From positions 13,454,001 to 13,518,000 of the forward strand of contig JBHGNT010000009.1 of the NCBI GenBank assembly GCA_043228905.1: DNA of 64,000 nt, in the 5' to 3' direction. Positions 12,316 through 24,294 of the stretch are shown here, in pieces; positions within the stretch are counted from its first letter, which is position 1; each line of letters begins with the position of its first letter. The stretch is from Azolla caroliniana. Lineage: Eukaryota > Plantae > Polypodiophyta. Both the position numbers and the translations under genes were made by a program. A model generated the notes under the pieces. It searched no databases. It was given only the letters and a program-made list of their open reading frames with translations, and was not told the origin of the DNA.

Positions 12316-13039
12316 TGTCGCGTTGCTACGAGCGTGCGTGGCGAAGGGCGGGACCACGGGGGTCTTGGACTAAGGAGTAGAGGAGAAGGAATCGCACATG
12401 GAATGGAAGCTTTGCTCAAGAAGAAGAAGAATGAACAAGAGATTAGATCGAACAAGAGGAAGATGGAGACAAGATGATCAACAAGATATATTAAAACGAA
12501 ATGAACGATTACAAAAATGGTGGCCGCATAGGCCGCACCGAACGACTACTCGAAACCCTAACTGACGAATATGAAGATAAAGATGAAGAAACCCTAACCC
12601 TAACCCTAACGCTCGACCTATGTGGTATACCTCGCACACTCAAAAAAAGGCAACCCCCACAATGGTGCCTTCCCTCTCCTTTTATAGCACAAGGAGGGAA
12701 GATCATTTACAAAAGTGAGACTAAAATATCCCCCTTTCCTTCAAAGGGGATATTTGCCTTGATTTGGGGAGGGTGAGATTGATGGCCCCCTTAACTCCCA
12801 CCTCCTCACAAACAACTAGGTACCTATGTACCACATAGTACCTCTCTCTCTCTCGCGCGTGGATGTGCGCACAAGACGACATCACCTTTATACCTTAGGG
12901 ATCTTATGGGGCATTTCTAGCACCATACCCTTTACCCTTATTATTATTACAAATACATTATGTACGTGTGCAATGTTGCACATCGCTCTTTGGCTCTCGT
13001 TGCTCGGGTTTCCGCTTGTGGACGAAAATCTTCACGACA
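12316..13039 (-). repeat. 5' LTR (724 bp)
   Basis: Direct repeat of 7869-8592, adjacent to the PBS. Confidence 0.95.
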
Positions 13040-13043
13040 ACGT

Positions 13044-13400
13044 CTTTCTCCTCTTCTTATATAGTGATGGAAGAGTATAAGTATATCTTACCACATGACA
13101 TGTATCATGCTTTTCCTAAAGTGTTCATGCACACTAGGTGTGCATGAATTGCTTTTTTTATCATTTGTTTTCTTCTAGTAATAATGTTCATGCACATCTC
13201 ATGTGCATGAATAACTTTTTCTTCCATGCGTTTTCTTCTAACTAAAGTTTTATGCACTCTACGTGTAAAAGCAACTTTTCCTAGAATTTATACTTGAGAA
13301 TTAACTTTTCTAAATATTAAATATCTAATTATATCACTTATGATGAGTTGGTACAATGGTAAGGTTTGGATTTGTTTACATGGATGGAGGTATAGGGTTC
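13044..13400 (-). repeat. Right part of the split old family LTR (TATA region, CATGCA palindromes, tRNA-like box)
   Basis: Reverse complement of CTTCCATCACTATATAAG.. and of the A/B-box module seen in the other LTR copies. Confidence 0.7.
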
Positions 13401-13722
13401 CCAAGTTTCTTTTAGCCTCCTTTGGGTTGGGTTTATTTTCTTGTGCTTCGTTGATGTAGCTCCAATAACCTTGGTGCGAAATGTTATTGGTGCATCTTCT
13501 ACTCACAAGATGCAAAGTTGTTTCTGTCCAACTTCTTGGTGGGAAGAGAGTTCATTTGAGTATTCATGTTGGTCGATGTAGATTTCTTCCTTCTTCTTCC
13601 CTCTAGGACACAAGTTATGTAGTGACACTACGATAGCGATGAGTCGGATTTCCTTGAATCGTCGGCGTAGACCCAACACACAAGGATGGGATAGATCGAG
13701 CTACCAAATCGCTTTGATACCA
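13401..13722 (-). pseudogene. gag: Ty1/Copia 5' fragment: Met PBS and start of gag
   Basis: TGGTATCAAAGC at 13711-13722; MNTQMNSLPTKKLDRNNFAS..KMHQ is homologous to the gag at 20217. Confidence 0.7.
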
Positions 13723-14131
13723 TGTAAAGAATCGACTGTGATTCTATCCATCAAAATAGATTAGAGATGTGTGTTATGTGTGTGTGAAAGAGGTGAGAGG
13801 AGAGACACAAGATAGATAGGAAAAAATAGAAAAGATGAAATACACAGGAAGGTGTACGTATTAGGACGTGGAGAACAACTACAACAATATGAATATTACA
13901 AAGGCAATTAACTGACACATTACAAAGTAGGAGGAGGGTACCCTCTCTCTAAATTCTCTCACTCTCTCTCTAGAACATTGGGGAATGTCGATACTCATTA
14001 GTTATAGGGAATATGCAACTCATTAGTTATGTGTCATAGAATATGATTCTATGACACATAGTTAATGTGTATAAAGTAGTGGTGACCTTTAAGTGCTCAT
14101 AAATTCTCAAAAGGTGTGTTCACACACTACA
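13723..14131 (-). repeat. Copia 5' LTR
   Basis: TG..CA ends; abuts the Met PBS. Confidence 0.65.
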
Positions 14132-16125
14132 CTAGGTTGAGCTTGATTCTCAATAGTCTTGTTCGTCGACTCGGCTAAGCCATTTGCTTGTGGGTAGTAA
14201 GGGGTGCTTTTCTTGTGTATTATGTTGTAATGATCCGTGAGTTCCTACACCACCTTATTGATAAAGTGACCGCCTTGGTCGTGATCAACTCAATTGGGCA
14301 TCCGGACCAGCACTAGATGTTTTCATATAAGAACTTGGACGTCAATGCCAGCATATTGTCGCGTAAGGCCTTTGCTTCCACCCATTTCGTGTAGTAGTCG
14401 GAAACGACCAGGATATACTTGTTGCCTGATCGTGTCGCCGCTAGTTTGAAAGGTTCGACAAAATCGAGGCCCCATTTCTAAAATGGCTCTAAGGGCATTA
14501 CTAGCTTATGTGGAATGCGAGCTTGTTTAGATGGTTGACCTATTCTCGGCATAGGTCACATTCCCTACAATACTTTATTGCATCCTTTTGGGTTGTTGGC
14601 CACCATAAACAACTCTACCATATCTTCTGAGATATCCTCTCTCCTGCGCAATGTCCGCCGGCTATGCCACAATGTGCCTCTCGCAATATTGTTGGCTTTT
14701 CGTCACTTCAGACGCATCTCCTCCAAATGTCATATGCTCCTTTATGATAAAGAATATCTTTGAGCAAGCAGAAATTTCGGCATCTTATTGCCAATTGTTT
14801 CTTCTCGTCCGTCCCCATCTCTGTTGGTGGCAATCCCGTGGTGAGGAAGCATAACATACCCAACAACCATTTTTCCTCCTGTGTTGCCTCACTATTGTCA
14901 ACATCTGGAAACTCATAGTATGTGGGCCATCTGGAAAGTTGTTGTTGATTCCATTGTCGCCTTCACCCGATTTGAGTCGACTTAAGTAGTCGGTGACTAC
15001 ATGTTGTGCTATGTCGAATTTGAAATCCTGAAGTAGTAACATCCACCTGGCCAATTTGCCTGTCAATGATTGCTTCGTCACCAAGTAGAGTTGCGCCACG
15101 TGGTCCACGTGAAATGTAAATTTCCGACGTAGTAGGTAGTTTCGAAACTTATTGACAATCTAAATCATACATAAGGCCACCCATTTGGTAGGTAGTTCTA
15201 TCACCCTACATTTTTCTAGACATAATCGGAGGTGGCTTAAATGTTCCCGTTCTTTGCTTTACATCGAAAATAATCTAGGAATACCTGCATGAAGTCGAAA
15301 TATATTCTTCAAATATTTCTATTATGATGCGTTGGAACGTTGCCAACATAGTTTTGAACCCGAACATCATGATGAGTGCTACAAATACGCCCTATTCATT
15401 GACGAATGTCGTCTTCTCTCGGTCATCTGGTTGCATCTGGATTTGGTTATAGCCACTAAATCCATCTAGAAAGCTATACACCTCATGGCCATTGGTTGTA
15501 TCCAGTACACCATCTGTAACAAGAAGTAGGAACACATTAGTCATTATAGCGGCATTCAGTTTCCTGTGGTCAACACATACCCAAAATTTCCCGTTCTTCT
15601 TAGGTACGACTACGATGGGACTTAGTCACGTGGCCTATTTTATTGGCCGAATGAAGCTGAACTTCAAGAATTTGTCAATCTCCTCTTTGACTCTAATGGC
15701 GTAATTTGGGTTCATCCGGTACTGTTGTTGTTGTACCGGCTTGGCGTCTCTTGTTGAGATGTATTTGATGGCTCAACCTCTTCATGTCGTGATGTCACCA
15801 TGCAAATACATCTCCGTAATATTTTACACCCTAGGTGCATCGAACTGCAACACGATTGTTAAAATTTCAAACACACCTCCTCCGATTATAATTTCCAACT
15901 TTCGGATTAACTCAAGAGGTCGGATAGAGCTCGTGTCGGCCATTCGAAGCCAGAATGGGTAGACCTCCAATTCGTCGACACCGAGACAATTGCTTGTTGA
16001 CTTGCTAATTATATTTACTCTGGATCCTCTATCGATGATGCACCCAAGGACTTCTTGGCCTTTGATAATGATCTTTACAACAAGATTGTGGTGGGCCATG
16101 ACCTTGGGTCTATCTGTTGATTTGG
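14132..16125 (-). pseudogene. pol: Degenerate non-chromovirus Gypsy pol (PR, RT, RH, INT fragments)
   Basis: CIIDRGSRVNII (protease), SFLDGFSGYNQI (RT), LTGKLARWMLLLQDFKFDI (RH end), [17 protein letters not shown] (INT). Confidence 0.8.
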
Positions 16126-16563
16126 TGTGAAAGATAATGTGCGGAAGCTAAGACAAAACTGGCTAGTCCGGATAACGGCAAAACATAGAACAAAGGTTTA
16201 ATGGAAAGCGTGAATACACCGGAGAGACAGAGAGAGCAGAATAGTAAAAAATCAATTCAAAATAATAACACTCTGTACATACAGTGTCCTACATAACACT
16301 TTTTATGCAAGTCCTTAAAAGGACTAGCAAAAGTACTGACAAGTACTTCAATGCTCATACGAGTGACTGACACTAACTCCAAGGAATCTGCCTACGTACT
16401 AGGCCAAGATTGTAGACCTTGAACGGCCCACCGGTTACCATCCAATCAGTCTCTCTGATCTGGCTCTTGGTTCCAGATACCTATCCGATTCTCCATTCGA
16501 GATACTGATCCGGTTTCGGCTTATTCAGCCGATCCGGATCCGATTGCACTTGTCTGCTCAACA
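16126..16563 (-). repeat. Solo Copia LTR related to 19729-20121
   Basis: Shares e.g. CTCGTATGAGCATTGAAGTAC and GCCTAGTACGTAGGCA in reverse orientation. Flanks TTTGG/TTGGG form a near-match TSD. Confidence 0.7.
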
Positions 16564-16665
16564 TTGGGCAAAATTACTGGACACGCTCAACTACTCTTCC
16601 TTCCGAATTAGCAATTGATTCCTGGAACCGCGGAACTAAATTTAGCAATCAACTCATTTTCATCG

Positions 16666-17648
16666 TCATTTTGAGATAAACTGGGGACCCTGATCACTGA
16701 TAATATCATCTGGAAGACCATGATGGCAAAACACCTCCCGTATGAGTAAATTAGTTGTGTTATGGCTAGTAATGGCCTTCCGACATGGAAGAATATGCAC
16801 CATCTTCGTAAAACGATCTACTACGGTGAGAATAGAATCAAAACCCTTGGAAGGTGGAAGATTTGTAATGAAGTCCAAGGAAATAGATTTCCATGGGCTC
16901 TCAGGAGTAGGCATTGGTTGTAATAAGCCATATGGATAATATCGAGGCTTTTCTAATTGGCAATATGTATCTAAACTATGAACATAATTCATAACAAGAT
17001 GGCGAAGTCGTGGCCACCAATCCCTCAGGCACGTACAAGAGATTTTGTCGAAAAAGTAAACCATCATGAAAACTGAACTGGGTGTAGTCTTCACAAGGAT
17101 TTAGAGATTGTGAATAGGAAGCACAATCTGGGATATATGGTTCAAAATCTCTTGGGTGAATGTATCGGTCGCAATATGCTTCCGAATTGAATCAAGAAGA
17201 CTTGAATATCCTGGTGTGTTGATGGTATTAATTGCCATTAGTCGTAGATGATCACGACCTAAGAGGATTTTCTTTTGACTTTCAAATGTGGCCTCTCCTG
17301 GTTGAAGTTCCATATAAAAACATCGAAATAAAGCATCAACTTTTCCTTGTCGCATCCTAGGGAAATATAGAATTATGAAATCAAAACGAGTTAAGAACTC
17401 CGCCGAACGAGCTTGTCGACAACTCAAGACTCAAGCACTTTGGAAATATGTTAGATTTTTTTGATTGTTGTAGACAATAATCTGTTGAGAAGAACCCTCC
17501 AAAAAATGACACCATTGTTGAAAAGAATCCAAAATGGCAAGAAGCTCTTTGTCGTGAATCTCATAGTTGATTTCTACAGCTTCAAATTTCCATGAGTGAA
17601 AAGCCACAGGGTGCAATTGGTCATCATCGCCAATTTGGGTTAGTATGT
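16666..17648 (-). pseudogene. pol: Tcn1-like chromoviral Gypsy RH-INT fragment
   Basis: HPVAFHSWKF..EINYEIHDKELLAI, PWKSISLDFITNLP, VVDRFTKM, HGLPDDIISDQGPQF. Confidence 0.75.
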
Positions 17649-18336
17649 TGTTGAGGAAATCCTCCCGTGTTCGCGATATGATGCAGGACCGCCGGGGTCT
17701 TGGACTAGAAGGATTTGGAGTTTGCACTAGCTTTAGCGAGAAAATATTTAAGACAAATAGAGAGAGATTCCAATTATGAGACAAATTGAGAGAGAGAGAG
17801 AGATTGAGATAGAGAGAGAGATTGAGATAGAGATTGAACCCTTGACTTTAATTTTTAAAGACAAGATACATCACCAATAGGATAACTAGTTTTCTTATTA
17901 TTAATTTCTTGATTCGTATATAGTTTCCCTCCTATCCTTTTTCTTTTCCTTCCTTTATAGATATCCCGATGCATATGATGCATGTGAGGGTACAAGACAT
18001 GCATACAATGCATGGAATGCATGACATGCATGTGATGCATGTTTGCGATTTGGCATTTATGCATCACATGTGATACATGATGACCATATCACTCATCCAA
18101 GCTCTCATGGATGAGAATTTACAAGTGAAATATAAAATGATAAAAATAAATTTCAAAGAAACATCTTAGCCTAATGCTATGTCAATTGTCTCTTATCTTG
18201 GGGGTGTAAGGTTCAAAACTTATGTGCATATTAATGTCATAATATACAAGTGTAACCATCGCATGTGCACATTGCACCTTCTCGGTTCTCTCGTTTCCAC
18301 GTGATTTTCACACTGTTGCCGAAAATCTTCACAACA
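17649..18336 (-). repeat. 3' LTR of a relative of the Trp-primed Gypsy family
   Basis: Starts TGTTGTGAAGATTTTCG after PPT GGTGGGGGTGGA; carries the U5 motif CTAGTCCAAGACCCC; flank ATGT. Confidence 0.75.
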
Positions 18337-19075
18337 TCCACCCCCACCAAACCGCACGTCCTCAGGTACGTGCTAAGAAGAGAGTGTGAGATTTCGGTTA
18401 CGGTGATCAATCTGATTCCCCCACGTCCTCCTTGACCTCGCTTATGTTTGCGGGTTCTGCCCTTCCATCTTCATTGTTGATGTCATCGAGGTCAGGACCC
18501 TCATCTTGTCTTTTCTTGAAGATCTTTACTCTTTTCCCCGCAATGGGTATGGCCAACCTTGATCCGTCTCGTTCCTCAAGCTGGTAGGTGGCATTGTCGT
18601 TGGCACTTGTCACCACATACGGTCCGCACAACCTTCTTGCAAGCTTTCTTGTTGTCTTGTGTTGGTTGTCAAGGCTGTTGTTGTAGAACATTACCCAATC
18701 TCCTTCTTCGATCTTCATGGGACGCAATCACTTTGTCTTGTTGAACCGAATCTTGTTCTTCACTCGGGCTGTCTCCATTATCTTTCGTGTATTTTCTAGA
18801 TCTTCGGGCCTTCTTTCAAGATGCCTTATCTGCGCCGCCAATAATTCTTCTCGGCTCATCTCGTTCTCCCATGGTATCGCTACCCATGAGGTGATCATCC
18901 TTTCGAGGGGCATTATCAGCTTTTGTCGATACATAAGCTCTGCTGGCATATACCCTGTCACAGACCAGTGCGTAGTTCTATCGGCCCACAAAGCATAGGG
19001 CCATAGTCGTGACCAGTTCTCGACTCGAGCCTCACATGCTCGTACGATGGCTTTGACTATTGGTCCATGCCCTCA
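18337..19075 (-). pseudogene. pol: Integrase C-terminal fragment with PPT
   Basis: WADRTTHWSVTGYMPAELM, IEEGDWV, GPY, IAGKRVKIFKKR all match pol 28752-32219. Confidence 0.85.
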
Positions 19076-19087
19076 CATGATCATCGA

Positions 19088-19728
19088 ATTCGTACAGTAT
19101 GTGAAAAATGTATAGAGTACTAGATTGAATAAATATGAAGAAAAACAAGAAAGTATTAAAATATATATTACATGTGTAGGGCAAGATTTAAACCTTATAC
19201 CTCCATGTTAATAATTTAAAGCCTTACCATTATGCTAACACATCAAGAGTATTCAAAAAGTAGATATCGCACATAGAAATGTTACTTCATGCATATTTTC
19301 TTGGAAAAAGCGCATGATAAAAAAGAAAGCGACACGTGCACATCTAGCGTGCATGAACACTATAGTCGATAAAAAAACGCATGAGGTTAGAAAAAGCATT
19401 GTCACTTTTAGAGAAAGCATATAATCTATAGATAGATAAAGCATGGAGTCCATAGTTAGCGAAAAGGATGAATTGCTAAGCCTCTGTCATCACTATATAA
19501 GGATGGGGAGCGCAATGTAATGTGGGTGGAATCTTTGGAAATTGATTATGTTTCTAAATAACGGTTAATACACTATATTCGTGGGATTCACGAGTTTTCT
19601 CAATATGTAAGGGATGTTGATTTGTGGAATTCACAATACACTATATTCGTGGGATGTTAAATATTAATAAAACTAAAAAAATATATACGTGGAATTCACA
19701 AATTTCTATCTCTTTCTTATAATATATT
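19088..19728 (+). repeat. Truncated old LTR of the Trp-primed Gypsy family
   Basis: Closely similar to 50510-51130; cut by the Copia LTR at 19729. Confidence 0.8.
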
Positions 19729-20121
19729 TGTTGAGCGAGCAAGCTCAACCGAATCCGGATCGGTATTAAGAACGGAGAACTGGATGATATCCGGAACCAG
19801 GAGCCGGATCGGATTGAAACCGGTAGGCCATTAGAGGCTTACAGATCCAGCCTAGTACGTAGGCATATTTTTGGGAATTAGTGTCAGTTGCTCGTATGAG
19901 CATTGAAGTACCTGTCAATCCTTTATGGACTTGTCAGAAAGTGCTCTCTGAGCATATTATATGTATAGAGGATTATTATTTTTTAATTGAATTCATGTTC
20001 TGTTCTCTCGGTCTCTCTCGTGTATTCTCCGTGTAAGGTCTCCATTAAACCTTCTTCTCTACATTTTGTTGGTATCCGGCTGAGCTGGTTTGTCATACGC
20101 TTCTGCATATTAACTTTAACA
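19729..20121 (+). repeat. Copia 5' LTR
   Basis: TGTTGAG...TTAACA followed by the Met PBS AGGTATCAGAGC. Confidence 0.8.
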
Positions 20122-20216
20122 AGGTATCAGAGCACGAGGGTTGAGACTCCTTTGCAGTTGGCAGACACTTTCAAAGACAAACCCTAACACCCGATGAAGA
20201 ACAGAAGAGAACCCAG

Positions 20217-20976
20217 ATGGACAGAAGTATGACAAGTTCATTTCCCACAGAAAAACTCAACCGGATCAACTATGCATCATGGTCATATAAAATGCACCAG
20301 TACCTACTGGGGCATGATTACTGGAGCTATGTGGAAGGAACGAACAATGTAGGGCCGAAGCTGGCACAGAAGGAGTTCCCGGCAAGGGAACAAGGAGCGA
20401 GCAGAGTGTTGTGTGCACGATCAGACACTTGTCTACATCAAGGATACAAAAACGCAGAAGGAAGCGTGGGAAAATCTTCGGAAGATTTTCGCCGCAAGTA
20501 CCACAGCCCGTAAGTTGCAACTCCAGCAAGAGTTGAACAACATCCCGCAGAGAGATATGTCGGTTGCGGAGTACCCCACCAAAATAAAGGAGGTTTGAGA
20601 CGCGCTCGGGTCCATCAATGTGACTGTGGACGAAGATGAAATGGTACAAATTTGCCTTGGCAGTCTAGCACAATGGTACGGGCCAATCCGGACAACGATC
20701 TGCACCTGGGAGAAGCCATTGTCCTTCTTCAACTTGCAATTGATGCTGATGGTCGAACTAAACCACGCGAGTGGGTCAAGGACCACTTAACCGGACAATC
20801 GGAAGTTGTAAACGGAGGCGGACCGGCCCCGTGGGCGTGGAGGACGAGGTGGGTCGGCACGCAATGGAGGTGGCCCGAAAGAGAAGAATCGAAAGCACTG
20901 AGATAGTGCCGACAATAGTTCCAGACCCACCACGAGTAGGGGGAGTCAAAACAGTGCCAGAAAACGGCAAGGGAAG
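20217..20976 (+). pseudogene. gag: Copia gag, 5' part (continues at 36112)
   Basis: EKLNRINYASWSYKMHQYL, KEAWENL, RKLQLQQEL; frameshifted. Confidence 0.85.
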
Positions 20977-21373
20977 TGTAATAACCAAGATCATTAATCC
21001 TAAAATAAAGATATAAATGATACAATCATACTGAAATTACGCGTTACCGCCCATCTGCCCCCGCGCTAGAGTTGACAATGCAGACGAGGAATCCCGATCT
21101 GTCCCATACCAGCCAAGATCTCCACATCAGGACCTTGGTAGATGACTAGTCCACATCAAAGAGAGCTTCGTTTGAACCACTCATGGGGCCTCCCCCTTAA
21201 CTAAGGAGAGTCTCCCCTATTTATAGGACCTAGGCCATGTAATGACATCTACCTGACCAATCATGTGCGGGGTACCCTATGACACACATTAGGTTAGTCC
21301 AATAAAGCTGACGACTCAGATATTACAATATGATAGCCCCCTAATAAGCACGTCTAAACCAATGAGCATTACA
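20977..21373 (-). repeat. 3' LTR of the chromovirus
   Basis: TGTAAT..ATTACA; direct repeat of 35705-36106. Confidence 0.95.
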
Positions 21374-21389
21374 TACTCCCACCCTCCGT

Positions 21390-22800
21390 TTAATTGCACT
21401 CTTGCATTGGGAAGTTAGGATAATGTTTGCGTAATGTCTCTTCAGTTTCCCATGTGTTGTCTTCTTCCAATTTATCCTTCCACTTAACCTTATAGCGATG
21501 AACAACTTTTGACCTTAGGTTTCTAGACCTATGGTTGAGGATTTTCCCAGGTTCATGTGGAGCAAAATGATCATCCTCCAATGTTGATAAATTAGACGGT
21601 GTTACAACATTATCATCATAACCAATTGCCTCCTTTAATCAACTCACGTGGAATACGGGATGAACCATAACAATGGAAGGCAAATCCAAACGATAAGCAT
21701 TGGAACCTATACGTTTTAAAACTTTATATGGTCCACAATACGGTGGCGCTAATTTTGCACACGGTCCTGTTCTGAATGTTTCTGAGTCCTTAGTAACCCG
21801 TAGAAAAACTTGTTGTCCTACATGAAATTCCCTCGGTTTTCTGTCATGATTCGCATAAAAGACATCTCTGTCTTGTGCCATCTTAAGGTTTTCTTCTGCC
21901 AATTTACGTGCTTCAAGCATATCAGAGAGAAAATCCTTTGTACTATCCAGAGTATGCGAATCAAACGAAACATCAATAGGAGGACGTGGCGTATAACCAT
22001 ACATCAACATGAACGAGCTGTATTTTGTTGATGTATGCTTAGCGCTGTTGTAGGCAAATTCCACCATAGGAAGGTAAGTCTCCCATAATGAGGGTTTTTG
22101 CACTACATATGCTCTCAACATATCCTCTAATATCTGATTCACTCTCTCAGTCTGCCCATCTGACTGAGGATGATCAGAAGAACTGAGACTCAAAGTTGTT
22201 TGCAATTTCTGCATAACTTCTGACCAAAATGTACTTGTAAACTTGGAGTCTCAATCACTTACAATCTCCATCGGTAGACCATATAAGCTATAAAGATGTT
22301 TACTAAACTTAATAGCCAATTGCTTTGCGGTAATTGTGGATTTCGTTGGAATGAATCTTGCCATCTTGGTAAGCCGATCAACAACCACCCAAATGGCATT
22401 ATTTCCCTCCATGGAACGAGGTAATCCAACTATGAAATCCATGGATATACTTTGCCATTTTTTAGTTGGAATATGGAGAGGTTGCAATAAGCCAACTTTT
22501 TTCTGTCGCTTGGCCTTAATGACTTGACAATGTGGACAACAAATAACATAGGACTCTACGTCAGGTTTCATTTTTGGCCAGAAAAACCTAGCTTTAATCA
22601 AAGCTAATGTTCTTTGCACACCTGGATGTCCAGTAGAAGGGGCATCATGACATTCATATAGAATTTTATTCTTGATGTCCTTTACATGTGGTATGCAAAC
22701 CTTACTATTGCGGTACAATAACCCATTTGCAACATAGTAAAGGTTCTTCGGGGTAGACGTGGTTCCATAATCGACGTCAATACCTGTTTCAGCTCTCTTC
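21390..22800 (-). pseudogene. pol: Integrase with C-terminal chromodomain
   Basis: HDAPSTGHPG..CPHC, WQSISMDF, HPQSDGQTERVN, GPY, HPVFHVS; chromodomain YKVKWKD..EDNTWE. Confidence 0.9.
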
Positions 22801-22958
22801 CAAAACTTCGAAAATGTTATAGAATTTTATTCTTGATGTCCTTTACATGTGGTATGCAAACCTTACTATTGCGGTACAATAACCCATTCACAACATAGTA
22901 AAGGTTCTTCGGGGTAGATGTGGTTCCATAATCGACGTCAATACCTGTTTCAGCTCTC
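22657..22958. repeat. About 1.9 copies of the 161-bp pol-derived repeat
   Basis: Units start at 22657 and 22818. Confidence 0.9.
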
Positions 22959-23650
22959 TCCTCTATTTATAGGACCTAGGCCATGTAATGACATCTACCT
23001 GACCAATCATGTGCGGGGTACCCTATGACACACATTAGGTCAGTCCAATAAAGCCGACAACTCAGATATTACAGTATGATAGCCCCCTAATAAGCACGTC
23101 TAAACCAATGAACATTACATACTTCCCCCCCTCCGTTTAATTGCACTCTTGCAATGGGAAGTTAGGAAAAATTTTGCGTAATGTCTCTTCAGTTTCCCAT
23201 GTGTAGTCTTCTTCCAATCTATCCTTCCACTTAACCTTGGAGTCTCGATCACTTACAATCTCCATCGGTAGACCATATAAGCTATAAAGATGTTTAATAA
23301 ATTTAATAGCCAATTGCTTTGCGGCAATTGTGGATTTCGTTAGAATGAATCTTGCCATCTTGCTAAGCCGATCAAGAACCACCCAAATGGCATTATTTCC
23401 CTCCATGGAACTAGGGAATCCAACTATGAAATCCATGGATATACTTTGCCACTTTTCAGCTGGAATATCGAGAGGTTGCAATAAGCCAGCTTTTTTCTGT
23501 CGCTCAGCCTTAATGACCTAACAATGTGGACAACGAATAACATAGGACTCTGCCTCAAGTTTCATTTTTGGCCAGAAAAACCTAGCTTTAATCAAAGCTA
23601 ATGTTCTTTGCACACCTAGATGTCCAGCAAAAGGGGCATCATGACATTCA
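22959..23650 (-). repeat. Internal duplicate: deleted integrase fused to chromodomain end, PPT and partial LTR
   Basis: VSDRDSK|VKWKD junction; second PPT; LTR piece 22959-23119 matches about 21214-21373. Confidence 0.9.
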
Positions 23651-24294
23651 TATAGAATTTTATTCTTGATGTCCTTTACATGTGGTATGCAAACCTTACT
23701 ATTGCGGTACAATAACCCATTCGCAACATAGTAAAGGTTCTTCGGGGTAGATGTGGTTCCATAATCGACGTCAATACCTGTTTCAGCTCTCTTCCAAAAC
23801 TTCGAAAATGTTATAGAATTTTATTCTTGATGTCCTTTACATGTGGTATGCAAACCTTACTATTGCGGTACAATAACCCATTCGCAACATAGTAAAGGTT
23901 CTTCGGGGTAGATGTGGTTCCATAATCGACGTCAATACCTGTTTCAGCTCTCTTCCAAAACTTCGAAAATGTTATAGAATTTTATTCTTGATGTCCTTTA
24001 CATGTGGTATGCAAACCTTACTATTGCGGTACAATAACCCATTCGCAACATAGTAAAGGTTCTTCGGGGTAGATGTGGTTCCATAATCGACGTCAATACC
24101 TGTTTCAGCTCTCTTCCAAAACTTCGAAAATGTTATAGAATTTTATTCTTGATGTCCTTTACATGTGGTATGCAAACCTTACTATTGCGGTACAATAACC
24201 CATTCGCAACATAGTAAAGGTTCTTCGGGGTAGATGTGGTTCCATAATCGACGTCAATACCTGTTTCAGCTCTCTTCCAAAACTTCGAAAATGT
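23651..24294. repeat. Tandem array, 4 x 161 bp, from the RH-INT linker
   Basis: Units start at 23651, 23812, 23973 and 24134; apparently identical. Confidence 0.95.

Larger units (their letters stand above)
7869..13039 (-). mobile_element. Complete non-autonomous LTR retrotransposon (no RT/RH/INT), 4-bp TSD ACGT
   Basis: Two 724-bp TG..CA LTRs; ACGT at 7865-7868 and 13040-13043; tRNA-Trp PBS; PPT GGTGGGGGCGGA; gag remnant. Confidence 0.92.

Noticed and set aside
8500-12380. Many overlapping ORFs on both strands as host genes
   Set aside because: Expected in GC-rich sequence; no recognisable domains; all lie inside an LTR element.
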